From assembly GCA_965153285.1 (NCBI GenBank), contig OZ229129.1: a stretch of DNA of 64,000 nucleotides. The stretch is one strand, 5' to 3'. The first letter of the stretch is position 1; every line of letters begins with the position of its first letter. The DNA comes from Podarcis tiliguerta. Its lineage: Eukaryota. This document shows, one piece after another, positions 1 through 12,875 of this stretch. A model generated the notes under the pieces. That model searched no databases. It was not told the DNA's origin and saw nothing but the letters and a program-made list of their open reading frames with translations. The position numbers and the translations under genes are program-made.

Positions 1-860
1 CTGCTCCACAATTCACACTCTGCCATCAAAGAACTTTTGCCTCACTTAAAACGCTCAACCTTTTCTGAGGATGCACACCTCAGAACACAAAGGGACAGCG
101 GAAGCTAAAAGGACAGGCCAGTGACTTCTGTCTTGCAAGTAAATTTTTCGGATGACCCAGACCTTTTCTCAAAAGGGGCAGAAGAGGAAGAAAGGTGGAG
201 GAGACAATGGAATGTTAATACCCCCCTCCAAATCTGGGGCAAACTGGTTGAGACGATAGCAGTCGGGAAGCTATGTAGAAAATCTTATTTTCTATAAGCC
301 CCCGATTTTTCCCCAGCATAACTAATTTTTATTTGGCTTTGGCTTTCTGTGAATTTAATTACCCAAAGTGTATTTCTACATATATAGCAGGAGACCAAAA
401 CACTGGAAAGAAAATAAAGTCTTGAAGAGACTCGTAAATTAATTGTGATGCCTATGTTGGATTTCTATTTCTTTTGTTGAGTCAGAGTACTACAATCAAG
501 TGCTAGCATATAACTTAGGATGCTTCTAGATTCCATATTCTGTTTTTTGTGAAGCTCATTGTGTTTAACACAATGTGACAAATCAGGTAAAAACTGTTAA
601 CCTTTTTTTTCCCCTGGTGCTGTCAGAGTGTATGCTTTTGCACATTTGAAGTGCAGTCTGAAAGCAAATTATGTATATAATAAATTACCCTCCCCCCTCC
701 AAATCTGGGGCAAACTGGTGGAGACAATAGCGGTGGGGAAGCTACAAGAATTATTGGAAAACACAGATAATAAAATGCATTCCCCTCTGGGTTGAATCCT
801 GGCCATGGGGGGCTCAATCCTCCCAATATTGATGGGGCCAACATCCCCCGTTGGGTTTTT
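1..860 (+). repeat. Mosaic block, near-identical copy at about 60287-61150
   Basis: Direct alignment by eye from CTCCACAATTCACA through GGGGCCAACATCCCCC; offset about 60.3 kb. Confidence 0.9.
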
Positions 861-959
861 GTTATGGGGAAGCTACAAGAATTTTGGGGGAAAGGAGTTT
901 GCAAAACAACTAAAGTCCCAAGTTAAACCCAGGGTGAAGCGCAACCTCAACCCCTCAAG

Positions 960-1690
960 TCAAGTTCAGAGCCGATGGCCCAGCCGAGGGGAATGGAGCT
1001 TTCGCCTGGCCAAGCAATCGAGTGGGTGCCGGATTGTACCCAGGGAGGATTCCTATGTCGGGAAAAGTATCCCCGTGTGGGTCACTCCATTGATGCAGCC
1101 CTGCGGACTAGACAGGAGGAGTATGACTACAAGGGACCACCGCGATGACCAAGGGAGGTTTGGGAAGAGGACGACTATCGAGAGCTGGAGCGCCCACCCC
1201 AGGAAAGTTGCCGATCAACGATGTATCGACTGCCTAGTGCAGCCTGGGTTTACTCGCCAGAAAGGTCTTGGAAGCCCCGCGGGCCAGTTCGGTGGTATGA
1301 GGAAGAGGAGGGGTACGGGCAGCATCCCAGACGCTCTTACGAAGGGCAGGAATCTCAGCGTCCAGATGGAAGAGCTCCGAGTTATCGCCCTGCCCCAAGA
1401 TACAGCTATGGCCAAGAGCCACAAGATGTGGTTCCAAGGAGCATTACACGTGAGTTTACCCTGAGGGATTTTGACTTACGTCATTTCCCTGCATGTAACC
1501 CCCCCCCCCCCATGCATGTCCTGAGCTATCTGACTTTATTAGAACTAACCTGCCGGGAACTGGAGCTCCCCTCAAGACTGTATATGTCTATTCTGAGGGC
1601 GTTGATTGGTGGGGAGTTGGAGGATCTCATGGGCCATCTTCCTTTGTCCCACGCGCTAGACTATGAACCGTATAAACACCTTGTTTTTAA
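960..1690 (+). mobile_element. Gypsy (Gmr1-like, SCAN-related) gag fragment, copy 1
   Basis: ORF 1221-1727 contains VLSYLTLLELTCRELELP..YMSILRALIGGEL..LP...ALDYEPYK. Copy 2 continues VLQIYGLHAESY, typical of Gmr1-type gag capsid. Confidence 0.7.
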
Positions 1691-1884
1691 AAAATATTGG
1701 GTTGTGAATGCCATCAACCTAGTGTGATCCACAGTAGCTCCTATACAGAAGTCTGCTGTCACTTAGATCAGTGACTAGGCGCCATGCAAAAGAAAGGGTT
1801 TGCAACTGTGATTATAGTATTCACCTTTTAAAATATAAACATTGCAAGTTTTTGCAGTTTCTGTATGGACATCAGCTATATGTA

Positions 1885-2002
1885 TAAATAAATCATCACC
1901 AACATCTTTATACCCCACCCATTGGGATGGCTTTCCCAAGGGACTCTGGGGGGCTTACAGCATATCTAAAAACATCCAGCATTAAAAATCTCCTGATACA
2001 CG
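1885..2002 (-). mobile_element. L2-type LINE 3' tail fragment (copies about 18695-18810, 31690-31805, 50512-50625)
   Basis: TTTATACCCC..CCCAT..GGCTTTCCC....ACTCTGGG..GGCTTACA preceded by an (ATC)n/AAT microsatellite resembles the antisense L2 3' end of lacertids (recalled). Confidence 0.55.
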
Positions 2003-2009
2003 GCTCTGG

Positions 2010-2392
2010 AGAGGGAGAGGGAGAAGAAAGAGAAGGCAGGAAGGGTAACCATGTCAGACCACTAACTCCTCGAAATACAAATGTCTTCCGGATAGATTGC
2101 CCATAAACTCCACCCTTGGTCCAACATGGTTACCTCTTCCATGCTTAGCTAATCTGTTCCTCCTTCCCTCTCTGAGTAAAAAAACCTATACCTTTTCCCC
2201 ATACAAATGTTTAACTTTAACATATAAAATATACACTAATATAAGCAACATCAAAATACCAAAAAAAAAAACCAGTATTATCACAGGATGCCAAACCAAA
2301 TTTAAACTGTTGGTCATGGTAGGATTCTATGCTGAAAAGATGTCCCACCAATGGCGTGTGGTTCAATCCTGAATATCCTGAGGGACTCTTCT
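2010..2392 (-). mobile_element. Endogenous retrovirus env C-terminus with PPT and LTR start (copies about 11350-11555, 18830-19165, 31815-32195, 50635-51010)
   Basis: Minus strand reads RHWWDIFSA*NPTMTNSLNLVWHPVIILVF..ILMLLILVYILYVKVK, matching the HWWDIF.GWSPT...HPVII transmembrane motif of class I/epsilon-like Env. A purine tract AGAGAGGGAA follows. Confidence 0.7.
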
Positions 2393-3559
2393 TAGCTTGT
2401 ACTTTGCATTATGACACATTCCAAGTTTTTCCACAATCTTCATGTACCGGTACTTTCTCATGCCTTTTCTACAAGCGGATTGAATCCCTCGCAAACACCC
2501 CATCAGATAGCTGCAGCCACACAACTCAAACCCTGCCAGCACTGAACTTTTCAGTTACTTCAACAACTCCACATTTGCTGAGGGTGCATTTGCATTCCTC
2601 TCAGCCTGGAACGCCTCCTTCAGGAGGTACAATGACACCATCTGCAGCCCCTGGAATCAGCCAGCAAGTGATCCACAAGAGCCACACTCTGGGCTTGAAG
2701 AATCCCAAGCACATTTATCTGGATTTTTCATTCTGTCTGCAAGAGGAGAGAAGTGAAAGGTTGTGCTACAACTGGCACAGTCATTAGGGAGGTCCCTTCA
2801 GGGATTAATTAACAAAAAAGAGGAGGGGATCCTAACAGCCAGAAAGGGTGCTCTGTTTGGAAAGGAGCAAAGAGCTGGCTGCTCCGTCTTGTCCTGCTTC
2901 TGCTGCTGGTTTTGGGTTTGCTGGAGAAATATCAAAAGTAAAGGGAAATCTAATCCAGCCTAAAGGAAAATATCTATCTAAAATGTATAATCTCCGCCAC
3001 AATTCACACCCTGCCATCAAAGAACTTTTGTCTCACTTAAAGTGTTCAACCTTTTCTGAGGATGCACACCTCAGAACACATAGGGACAGAGGAAGCTAAA
3101 AGGACAGGCTGCACAACAAGCCAGTGACTTCTGTCTTGCAGGTAAGTTTTTCAGATGACCCAGACCTTTTCTCAAAAGGGAGAGGGGGAGAGGAAGAACC
3201 TCTGGAATATTGAGATGAAGAGGAGGAGAAAGAAGAGGAGTACGACAAGATTGGTAACCACAGAATGCTTTCCATTATTTAAGTTACAAGTAATGCATTC
3301 TGACAAAATCAAAAGCTTAGTACAAAAAAATAATTTATAGTGTAGCTGTTCACCTGTGTTGGTGGAGATGATAGCGGTGGGGAAGCTACAAGAATTATTG
3401 GAAAACACAGATAATTAAATACATTCCCATCTGTGTTGAATCCTGGCCATGGGGGCTCAATCCCCCCAATATTGAGGGGGCCAACAGCAGGAGCACAGAT
3501 AACTTCCCCTCCTCCCTTATCTTTACTTATTTTTGGAGAAAAAAAGGAAGAAAAAAACA

Positions 3560-3865
<306 letters not shown>

Positions 3866-4082
3866 TGAAAAGCTCAAAGCAGCTAACAAAAAATCAAACC
3901 ATGATTTAGCAATTGAGAATATTTGTTAGGAAACAGCAGCAGAGATAACCTCCCCTCCTCCTCTTTATTTATTTGCTTCCATTTTAAGGGGGGAAGAGAA
4001 GCATGCATGTGTGAAAAGCAATGTTGTCCAATGAAATTTGATATTGTATCACACCAGGCCCACAGATTTTTGGAGAAAAATT

Positions 4083-4950
4083 CAATGGTGCATTACCGGG
4101 CTATCAGCCCGTGTGTAGTTCAGATTCTGCAGTTTGATTGCCCCCCAATGGCAGAACATTCAGAGTGCTCCTTGCAGGCGAGTCTTAAACTTTAATACAA
4201 TGCGGCTCCACCAATCAATAGTGCATTACCGGGCTATCAGCCCGTGTGTAGTTCAGATTCTGCAGTTTGATTGCCCCCAAATGGCAGAAAATGCAGAGTG
4301 CTCTGTGTCAGAGCTGGCCCACACCTCCTTGCAGGCATGTCTTAAACTTTAAGACCATGGGGCTCCAACCACTTGTGCCATATGACCAAGTAAGGCATCT
4401 TTCCAACTGCAGCAGCCCCATTTCCTTTGTAAATGATGGAAAAAAACACAGTTCCATGGCAAAACAAGTTCTTTGTAAAAGATTTCGGGCTATTATCCTG
4501 CCCAACCCTGCTGTAGATCACCTCATGAAATCTTTCGGCCAAATATCTAATGACATCCCCAAAGACAAGAAAAATGGCAGAACATTCAGAGTTTAATACA
4601 ATGCGGCTCCAACCATTTCTGCCATATGACCAAGTAGGGCATATTTCCAAATGCAGCAGCCCTATTTCCTTTGTAAAAGATGGAAAAAACACAGTTCCAT
4701 GGCAAAACAAGTTCTTTGTGAAAGATTCCGGGCTATTATCTTGCTCAACCCTACTGTATCTAATGACATCCCCAAAGACAAGAAAAATGGCAGAACATTC
4801 AGAGTGCTCCTTGCAGGCGAGTCTTAAACTTTAATACAATGCGGCTCCAACCATTTCTGCCATATGACCAAGTAGGGCATATTTCCAAATGCAGCAGCCC
4901 CATTTCCGTTGTAAAAGATGAAAAAAAACACAGTTCCATGGAACAACAAG
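4083..4950 (+). repeat. Local tandem re-duplication of an unidentified module
   Basis: GTGCATTACCGGGCTATCAGCCCG occurs twice (about 4088, 4221). CCATATGACCAAGTA..GCAGCAGCCC occurs three times (about 4378, 4622, 4860). Further copies at about 40980-41320 and 59975-60270. Confidence 0.85.
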
Positions 4951-5084
4951 TAATGTAGTGTGAAAGAAACATGGGGGGGGGGGGGACAGAAGCCCTAACA
5001 GAATAATCAGGAAAACCAAAGCAATAATCACCACATCTAAATACAGCCTATGGCGCAAAACAGAAGATGCAGCTACACAACTCA

Positions 5085-5400
5085 GGTCTTATATAAACCA
5101 TGGATGAAATATAAATATCTCCTGGAACCTACAACTGCTTGGTGCATTTCACCCATTGAAGCATTTGGTGTTAAGAAGAAAAACATGAAGGGAAATTGGG
5201 CAACATATAAAATGTTATTAGAGGGAGAAATTAATAAATTAAGAGAAAAAGGCTTTGAAATCTATATATATTTCACAGGCTGGCTCCAATACTTCCAACT
5301 GAATGAAAGACAAGGAAAATAGGGTTTGCTGGAGAAATATCAAAACTAAAGGGAAATCTCATCCAGCCTAAAGGAAAATATCTATCTAAAATGTATAATC
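5085..5400 (+). mobile_element. L1 ORF2 fragment module (copies or partials at about 2912-2992, 16605-16922, 59782-59862, 62885-63045)
   Basis: LYKPWMKYKYLLEPTTAWCISPIEAFGVKKKN...WLQYFQL...SKMYNL aligns with the L1 at 14.1 kb (LYKVW..LLEPKTAWWVSPLEVISVKKKN...WLQYHQI...SKMYNL). Confidence 0.85.
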
Positions 5401-5688
5401 TCCGCCACAATTCACACCCTGCCATAAAAGAACTTTTGTGTCACTTAAAGTGCTCAACCTCTTCTGAGGATGCACACCTTAGAACACAGAGACAGGCCAC
5501 ATAAGAAGCCAGTGACTTCTGTCTTACAGGTAAATTTTTCGGATGACCCAGACCTTTTCTGGGGGGAATGCGAAGAACCGCTGGAATATTGAGATGAAGA
5601 GGAGTACGACAAGATTGGTAACCACAGAATGCTTTCCATTATTGAAGTTACAAGAGATGCATTCTGACAAAATGAAAAGCTTAGTACA

Positions 5689-5985
5689 AATGAGAAGACA
5701 TTCCGTTGGCTGCAAAATGAGGACCAAATGGCTGTGAAAAAGTTGTCTGATGGAATCAGAAAGTTTGCTGATGATGCAGTTAAATTGGAGCTGATGATAA
5801 AGGAACGAATGTTCAATGCTGCAAATGGAAAGTAGGCATACCAAACTTATTGGAAGCTGTATGACTGTACAAGCTGCATATGAATGGATTTTCTGTATTC
5901 CAGGCTTTTTATATGATTTTGCAAACTTAACATATTCTCAGTGTGTTTGGCACTTTTGTATATCAAAATTGATACTGCTGTGGCA
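5689..5985 (+). pseudogene. TALDO1: Processed transaldolase C-terminal fragment with probable 3' UTR, copy 1
   Basis: 5689-5835 reads [48 protein letters not shown], matching the TALDO1 C-terminus. No intron lies before the terminal ERMFN exon. Confidence 0.93.
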
Positions 5986-6114
5986 GGTATGACTAAAGGA
6001 CCAATTGACTGGAAGGGTTTCCCTTTAAAATGATGGTGGTAGTAGTAATAATAAAAGTATTGTGGTACCAACAAAAATTTAAAAAGTAAACAAAGTTTTA
6101 AAATAGTTTATACT

Positions 6115-6303
6115 GTGGGTGTTCACCACCTTGGTGCCTTGTTCAATGGTCTGACACTGCTGCAACTGGCTCTGATTCTGCTCTTCACTATTCCCCTTCT
6201 TAATGAAAAGCACCAGGTGGAAATTGACCATTCTTGTGATCAAGAATCTCAGAAATGCACTGGCAAAAGTCCCAAGTTAAACCCAGGGGTGAAGCGCAAA
6301 CCT
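6115..6303 (+). pseudogene. RTN4: Processed reticulon-4 C-terminal fragment, copy 1
   Basis: [33 protein letters not shown]...PGVKRK versus RTN4 [33 protein letters not shown]...PGLKRK. Confidence 0.88.
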
Positions 6304-7009
6304 CAACCCCTCAAGTAAAGTTCTACAGTCAGTGCAAATCTTTGCTACTGCAATTGTACTATTGTTCTTTTTAAAATATAATTTGCAGGTTTTCCCACAG
6401 TTTCTGTACATACATCAGCTATATGTACACTTCTCCCTCTTTCTACAGCCACAAAACTCAAACCCTGCAATTAAAGAACTCCTGTCAAGACACTTCTGAA
6501 GTGGCCTGCAAGTATTTCACTGAACTGCCAGTCAGTGCCTACTTTTGGAACACTGGCCACCACCGGGAAGTGTGCAATTCCAGAAAGGGCATCAACCCAG
6601 TGTGATCCAGCAGCAGCTCCTATGCAGCCGTCTGCTGTCACTTGGATCAGAAACAAGACAACATACAAGAAAAAGGTGTTTGCAACTGAGAACTTGGGCT
6701 GGAACATGGTGGGCGGGTGTGGTTGTCTGTCTTCCCAGGCTGCTTATGCTCCCCATTTACTCCTCCTTGCCCTACAACTCTCATCATAAAAGGTTTCCAA
6801 ATAAATAAACAACTTTTAAGCAAGAGCAAACTAGAGCAAAATCCTGGTTTTTTAAATCACATCTTAAGCCAGCCTATGGGACCAGTGCCAAGGAAATGGG
6901 ACTGGCTAGCAAGGCAAAATGGAGGAGAAATTAGAATGTTAATACCCCCCCCCCCATTTGGGACAAACTGGTGGAGGCGATAGTGATGGGGCAGCTACAT
7001 GAATTCTTG

Positions 7010-7420
7010 GGGAAAACGAATTTGCAGAACTATTAAGGAAACAGTTCAAAGTAAAATATTTAGGACCAGCAAACAACTATCTTGGTCTAGAGAACCAGTG
7101 ATGGAAGTTTTTTGTTAAGTGAAAGAAACACAATAATTGAGTTGCTTGAATGGAACAACAAGCACAACTGGTCACAAGCTGGGAATTGTGTTGCATGATG
7201 TGTCGATACTTTTATATATGTTTATAATACTGTATTTCTGTTCAAATGAGGGGGGGCTGTTAGGAAAACATTCTTTAAGAAACAGATGAAAGTTCCTGGA
7301 AGCTTTTAAAAGGGTTCCAGAATTTTCTTTACAGCATAGGAGTGGCACTCTAGGGTTGATTGGTGTCCACTGGAGGTGCGAATAAAGGGAGGAAGTTGCA
7401 GGCTGCAATGTCCGTACAAG
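7010..7420 (+). mobile_element. Copia RT fragment followed by PPT and LTR start
   Basis: EFAELLRKQFKVKYLGPANNYLGLE..DGSFLLS resembles the Copia F.MKDLG..Y.LG motif. GAGGGGGGGC then TGTTAG at about 7248-7264. Confidence 0.7.
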
Positions 7421-7459
7421 GAAAACACACACACAAACGGACACACACTGTCTTTGCAG

Positions 7460-10400
7460 ATTATGGTGGGGCCTTCGCAGATGCCTCCAGAGGTTCCCTC
7501 TCCTGCAGAGGATGATTTGCTGAGGCCCCGGGCACCTTCTTCCAGAAGGAAACGTCATCTGAGGAGGTGATCCAGGAGGAGGGCAAAGAAGAGCAGGGTG
7601 ATTCTACTGTACTTCATTGTCAGGTAAATCGTCCCAGAGCTCAGATGCGATTCAGATGTCACCTTGGACCTCTACAGGGGTCAGAGTGAGCCCATCCCAG
7701 GCCTTTCAGCTCCACCTAAGGTAGAGAGGCGATCGCCATGATGGAATGTTAGAATCCTGGTTGCCAAGATCCCCACAACTTGTTGGGATTGTAGGGACGC
7801 AGACGTGTGGACTGCTGAAATGGCTCCACATTTCAAATGGAAATTCCCTGAGCGATAGAAAATGAAGTAGGTATACAGGAAGCTGGCTTGGCAGCAGCTT
7901 TGTTGGGACTTCATTAGCGGTTCTTGCCAGCATCAGCCCTGTAAATATATGCATCTTTGTGTTAGGTGCTCTGGGTATCATTCGGCCACTGCTTGCTGTA
8001 TTAGACAGGCACCCCTTTTTGTGGTGGAGAAGGGGGCTCAAAGCAGCAAGCCAAAAATGCCCCCTGCCCAAGCAGGGCTGGAGCTGATAAGCTAGAATTC
8101 AATACCTCTTGCCCATACTCTCATAAGATCATCTCCCTTGTAAGCCTGGCTGGAAGCTTATACAGATTGGTCAGCTGTTTTGTACTTGTGGGAAGGGTTT
8201 CCCAATATTTTAGGACTCCCGTGGCCTGTGGCCTGGAATACAGCAAATCTAAAGTCGGTTAGAGAGCTACCTGGGGTAGCCAGAAAGCAGATTGGAAGAA
8301 GCTTGCATTGAGGCGTATGGCTGGACCCCTTCGATTCTCCTTTCATTCTCGACTTGCATTTATCCCCATTGGGGATTGTCCCTAAGAAAGCCCCATGTGA
8401 TTTCTGTCTGATCCATTATTTATTGCATCCCAAAGACCCCCGTGAATGACGCCATCCCATCAGAACTTTATTCCCTGAAATACACATCCCTGGATCAGAC
8501 GGTTAAGCTTATCAAAAAGAGACTGGAAGAGGGGCCTTGTGGGCAAAAGGCGTTACTGAATCAGCTTTTAGGTTATTGCCAGTTCACCCTCAAGATTTTA
8601 AGTGGTTGGGCTTTCATTTGGATGGCGCTTATTATATTTGAGTCCTTTAGCACTATCCTTCATTGGGCTTTGCGAGTTAAGTCTGGTTCACTGGGGTGAC
8701 CCATTATCTTGATTATTCTCCTGGCTGGATCATGTGACACCAGCAACTGCGTAGTCTTAGTGGACGCCTTTTATTCCCTCACTGAGGAGCTGGGTGTCCC
8801 GTTGGCAGCAGATTAGACCGAGGGTCCTTTTAACGTGTTTAGGGATCCAGGTGGATATCGTTGCTCAAACATGCCACTTGCCTATGGAGAAGCTGTCTGC
8901 CTTGAAGAAAATTATTTTGTAATACTTCCTCTGAAGCAAGTGATGCTTCATCAGATCCGATCTTGCTGGGTCATTTAATTAATCTTCCATACATAGTGGT
9001 TGCCCCAGGCCCTCCCTTCCATTCCCGCTTGGCCAGGCTGCCTGCGGCCCGAGGTCCCCTTGCCTTCATGCATGCTTACCAAGCGAGGTGAAGGCGGATC
9101 TCATGCAGTGGTTGCAATTCCTAAGTGAATGCAATAGTAGTTCACCTTGGCAGGGTACCTTGAACCTGCACAGTGATTTTCAGGTTCACGCTGATGCTGC
9201 TGGATCTTTGGCCTTTGGTTTTTATTTCAGGGGCTGCTGGTGTGCAAAGCCATGGCCTCAAGCCTGGTGTGGTGAGGCAATCATGTGACCTAACTTTTCT
9301 TGAGTTTTCCCCATTGTAGTAGCAGTTCACATCTGGACCGAGGAGTTCAGTGACCGTCGGATCTGCTTTTGGTCTGATAACCAGGCAGTGGTGAGCATCT
9401 TGGCAAAACAGTCCTCACGCTCCAACAGAGCCTCTGCCCCTCCACTCACACTTTCGAGCTGCGCTGCTTAAGGTTTAATATTGTGCTTTCTGCTCACCTG
9501 ATTACAGGATACTCTAATGATATCGCTGACACACTATCCCATTTTCAGATGGAGCGCTTCAGATCCTGGGCTCCAAACACCCAGCTATTGCCGGACTTTT
9601 CCGGACCACTTGTGGCACTTTGACAGCAATTAGTAATTACAGGGAGTAGCAGCTTCCATTTCCCCTTCTGCTTTTAGCTCTTATGAGAAGGCTTGGACTG
9701 TTTTCTTAGCCTTTAGCTGGCAGTCCTCGGTCATTCAAAGGAACTTGCCCCCATCCTCTGAGAAGGCCCTACAGTATTTGGCCCATCTGCTGCAGATTGG
9801 ATGCGTTGTTACAACTATCAGAATTCAGTCCACTGAAATGTCTGTTATAGTGAAACTTTATTTTTCAGAGACTCTTCTAAAAAGTTTGTCATGTGTGGGG
9901 CCTTGGAAGGTTGGAATAGGCTCCAACTTCATAGGACAGTGAGCAGGAAGCTGGTCAATTTTTACCTATGGAGTCTCCACAACAAATTAAGACTTGTCTG
10001 CTGGTTAAAGTTCAAGGCGAGACTCCTTTCAGTATTCCATTGCATTTTTGGTGCACTGAGGGTTGGGGAAATTGTGTTGGAGCCAGAACAGGGTAGAGAG
10101 TATGGAGGCTTATTGCTTCGGGACTTTTCCTTACCTGCTTTGGAGCTTCTCATTAGAGTCAGGAGCTCTAAGACAGACCTAGTGGGAAGGAGTGCCACCA
10201 TCAGGCTTCTGGCCATAGGTGAGGAGGGCCCTTTGCATGGTTATGGATACCAGAAATATTTGGCTTTTTGTTCCCCTGGGGGCTGGCCCGCTTCTAGTGC
10301 ACAAAAATGGGTTCCCGTTAGCCAGGCATCAATTTGCTTGCGTCGTGCGCCAGTTATTGCGGCTTGCCTACCGCTGAACACGCCTCATTCCTTCCGAATA

Positions 10401-11345
10401 GGTGCTGCTACAAAGGCTGCGCACTGGGGCCTGTCAGTAGACAGGATTGTGAATATGGGTCATTGGAAGTCTGACGCTGACAAGGGTTACGTCAGGAAGC
10501 GTCACCAATGATGTCTGTGCTGATGCCTGTTCGTTATTTCCTTTTTTCATAGGAGCAGCTGTGCGCATTTGGATTGTTGGCCACAGCATTGTACATTGGA
10601 CTGGCAAGCGCGCTGATGAGTCTTGACTGGGGCGCCATCTCGGTCTTCCTGCCCATGTGAACGTATCCTGGATGTCCAGATGGGGAATGCTTTGGGAGGA
10701 GTTCCTTCCTTTGGTGCGGTCGAGTGTGACCTGTGCAGGTCCTCCCACAGCGCTGGTGGTGCAGCTGGGCAAAAATGATTTGCTGTCTTCCTCCAGCATA
10801 AGCTTGCATTCCTGCATGCAAGAGGACTTGGATGAGTTGATGGCAGCTCTCCCTGGACTCCAAATATTTTAAAGCATTGGTTCAAGGTGGTCTGGGGTGT
10901 GTGTGTTGGAGAACCTGTTCCCTCCAATGCGCAAAGGTATTCCGTTAAAGGTATCCAGGGATTCACCATGCTTTTGTCAACCCCTTTCGAGGGGTAGGGC
11001 CATGCATGAGTCCCTAGGAGCATTTGGGGTGAGCTTGAGTCTGATCCTGGTTCATTGCTCCCCCACGATGTTTACCTCTACTGACGATATGGTGGGGCCC
11101 AGTCGTCAGTGCTGCCCTGCTGAGGTCAGGCGCAGCTAGTTGGGAACCAATGCCTAGACAAACTACCACCAAGCAGGCCATAAAGTGCGTGAATAAGGCA
11201 GCGGTAAAAAAGGTCCTTGCTTTAGGTGGTTCCGTGATTTTGCACCCTTTGATTAGCTTCAAGGCTGCTGCCCTCTTTGGGGCTGATGGGGTGCACCTTT
11301 CCCTTCAGAAAAAAACACCTGGTTGGCTGCTGTTGCGTTGGGTTT
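7460..11345 (+). mobile_element. Decayed Ngaro (DIRS-order) tyrosine-recombinase retrotransposon with SGNH hydrolase ORF
   Basis: RT SPLGIVPKK..LIH (about 8360) and HYLD (about 8702); RNase H ADAAGS..FG.YF.G.W and SDNQAVV; YR FGALRVGE, SKTD, HSFRIGAAT, GHWKS (9891-10511); hydrolase WIVGHSIVHW, QLGKND, DGVHLS. Many frameshifts. Confidence 0.9.
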
Positions 11346-12079
11346 GAAGGAAGGGTTTAGATTGCCCATAAACTCCACCCCTTGGTCCAACATGGTTACC
11401 TCTTCCATGCTTAGCTAATCTGTTCCTCCTTCCCTCTCTGAGTAAAAAAACCTATACCTTTTCCCCATACAAATGTTTAACTTTAACATATAAAATACAC
11501 ACTAATATAAATTTAAAATGTTGGTCATGGTAGGGCCCTAGCCTGAAAAGATGATCTGGCACAGTCATTAGGGAGGTGCAATCAGGGATTAAAAAACAAA
11601 AAAGAGGAGGGGATCCTAACAGCCAGAAAGGGTGCTCTGCTTGGAAAGCAGCAAAGAGCTGGCTGCTCCATCCCGTCCTGCTTCTGCTTCTGCTGCTGGT
11701 TTTGGAAAAGCTTAGTACAGAAAAAAAAGAAGCCAGAGGAAGCTAAAGACAAGCTACACAAGAAGCCAGTGGCTTCTGTCTTGCAGGTAGATTTTTCAGA
11801 TGACCCAGACCTTTTCTCAAAAGGGGGGGGGGGAGAGGAAGAACCACTGAAATATTGAGATGAAGAGGAGGAAGATGAAGAGGAATATGACAAGATTGGT
11901 AACCCCAGAACGCTTTCCATTATTGAAGTTACAAGAGATGCATTCTGACAAAATGGAAAGCTTAGTACAAAAAAAAAAAGTTTGTAGTGTGGGTGTTCAC
12001 CTATGTTGATGCCTTGTTCAATCTTGCTGCAGAAAAGAGGGGAGAGGATACCCTGCTAGATATATAGACTTTCGGATTA

Positions 12080-12082
<3 letters not shown>

Positions 12083-12129
<47 letters not shown>
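12083..12129. repeat. (TA)n microsatellite
   Basis: Direct. Confidence 0.98.
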
Positions 12130-12132
<3 letters not shown>

Positions 12133-12189
12133 GATGCGAGAGTAGCATGGATTTCATCTAGTTGTAGAAAATGAGTGAAAAGAACATGC

Positions 12190-12875
12190 TGATCGCGAAA
12201 AAGTGGAGTGGTTGAAGTAGCTGAAAAGTTCATTAAGGGCGGGTATGAGCTGTGTGCCTGTACCACCTGATGGCATGTTTGAAAGAGAATCCGTTTTAGT
12301 GTAGAAAGGACTGAAGCGTACCTATTGCTGATGTACGTACAGAAACTGGGAACTCCTGCAATTTTATTTCCCTGGCATAGAGGAAGGGGGTCTGTGATGG
12401 TCGGGGACTGTGGAAATCACCCCTCTGCAGATTGCCTCGTGGACCGGCAGAGTACAGAGGACAGGGGGAATCTGGCGGTATGGCAGCTGCCACCTGACGA
12501 ATCCCAGAACTCGGCCCATTTTCCTCCAAACCTCCATTAGCAGCAGCAGCAGCAGCAGCAGCAGTGGGAAGGGATGGAGCAGCCAGCTCTTTGCTGCTTT
12601 CTAAGCAGAGCACCCTCCTGGTTTTTGTTAATTAATCCCTGAATGAACCTCTCTAATGATAGGACAAGATGAAGTACTGCCTCTCCTTTCCTTTTGCAGA
12701 GAGAATGAAAATCCAAATAAATACTTTTCTTTTTCTTTTTAGTTTTTTTTAGATGTGATTTTTCACAACTATTTTCAAGCCCCACTGAATGAGGAAAAAA
12801 TAACAACTATTGATAGTGATCTCGCAGACCAGCATTCATATTCAACACTGTCCATTCGAAAGACAGCTAGAGGTT
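12190..12875 (-). repeat. Inverted copy of mosaic modules
   Basis: 12620-12875 is the reverse complement of about 56720-56990 and 58212-58490. 12200-12360 is the reverse complement of the ...CATCAGGTGGTACAGCCACACA... module. Confidence 0.8.

Noticed and set aside
805-1464. 219-aa ORF (and the 223-aa ORF at 15667-16338) as a novel gene
   Set aside because: It crosses several module junctions and overlaps the gag-like frame out of phase; no recognisable domain.
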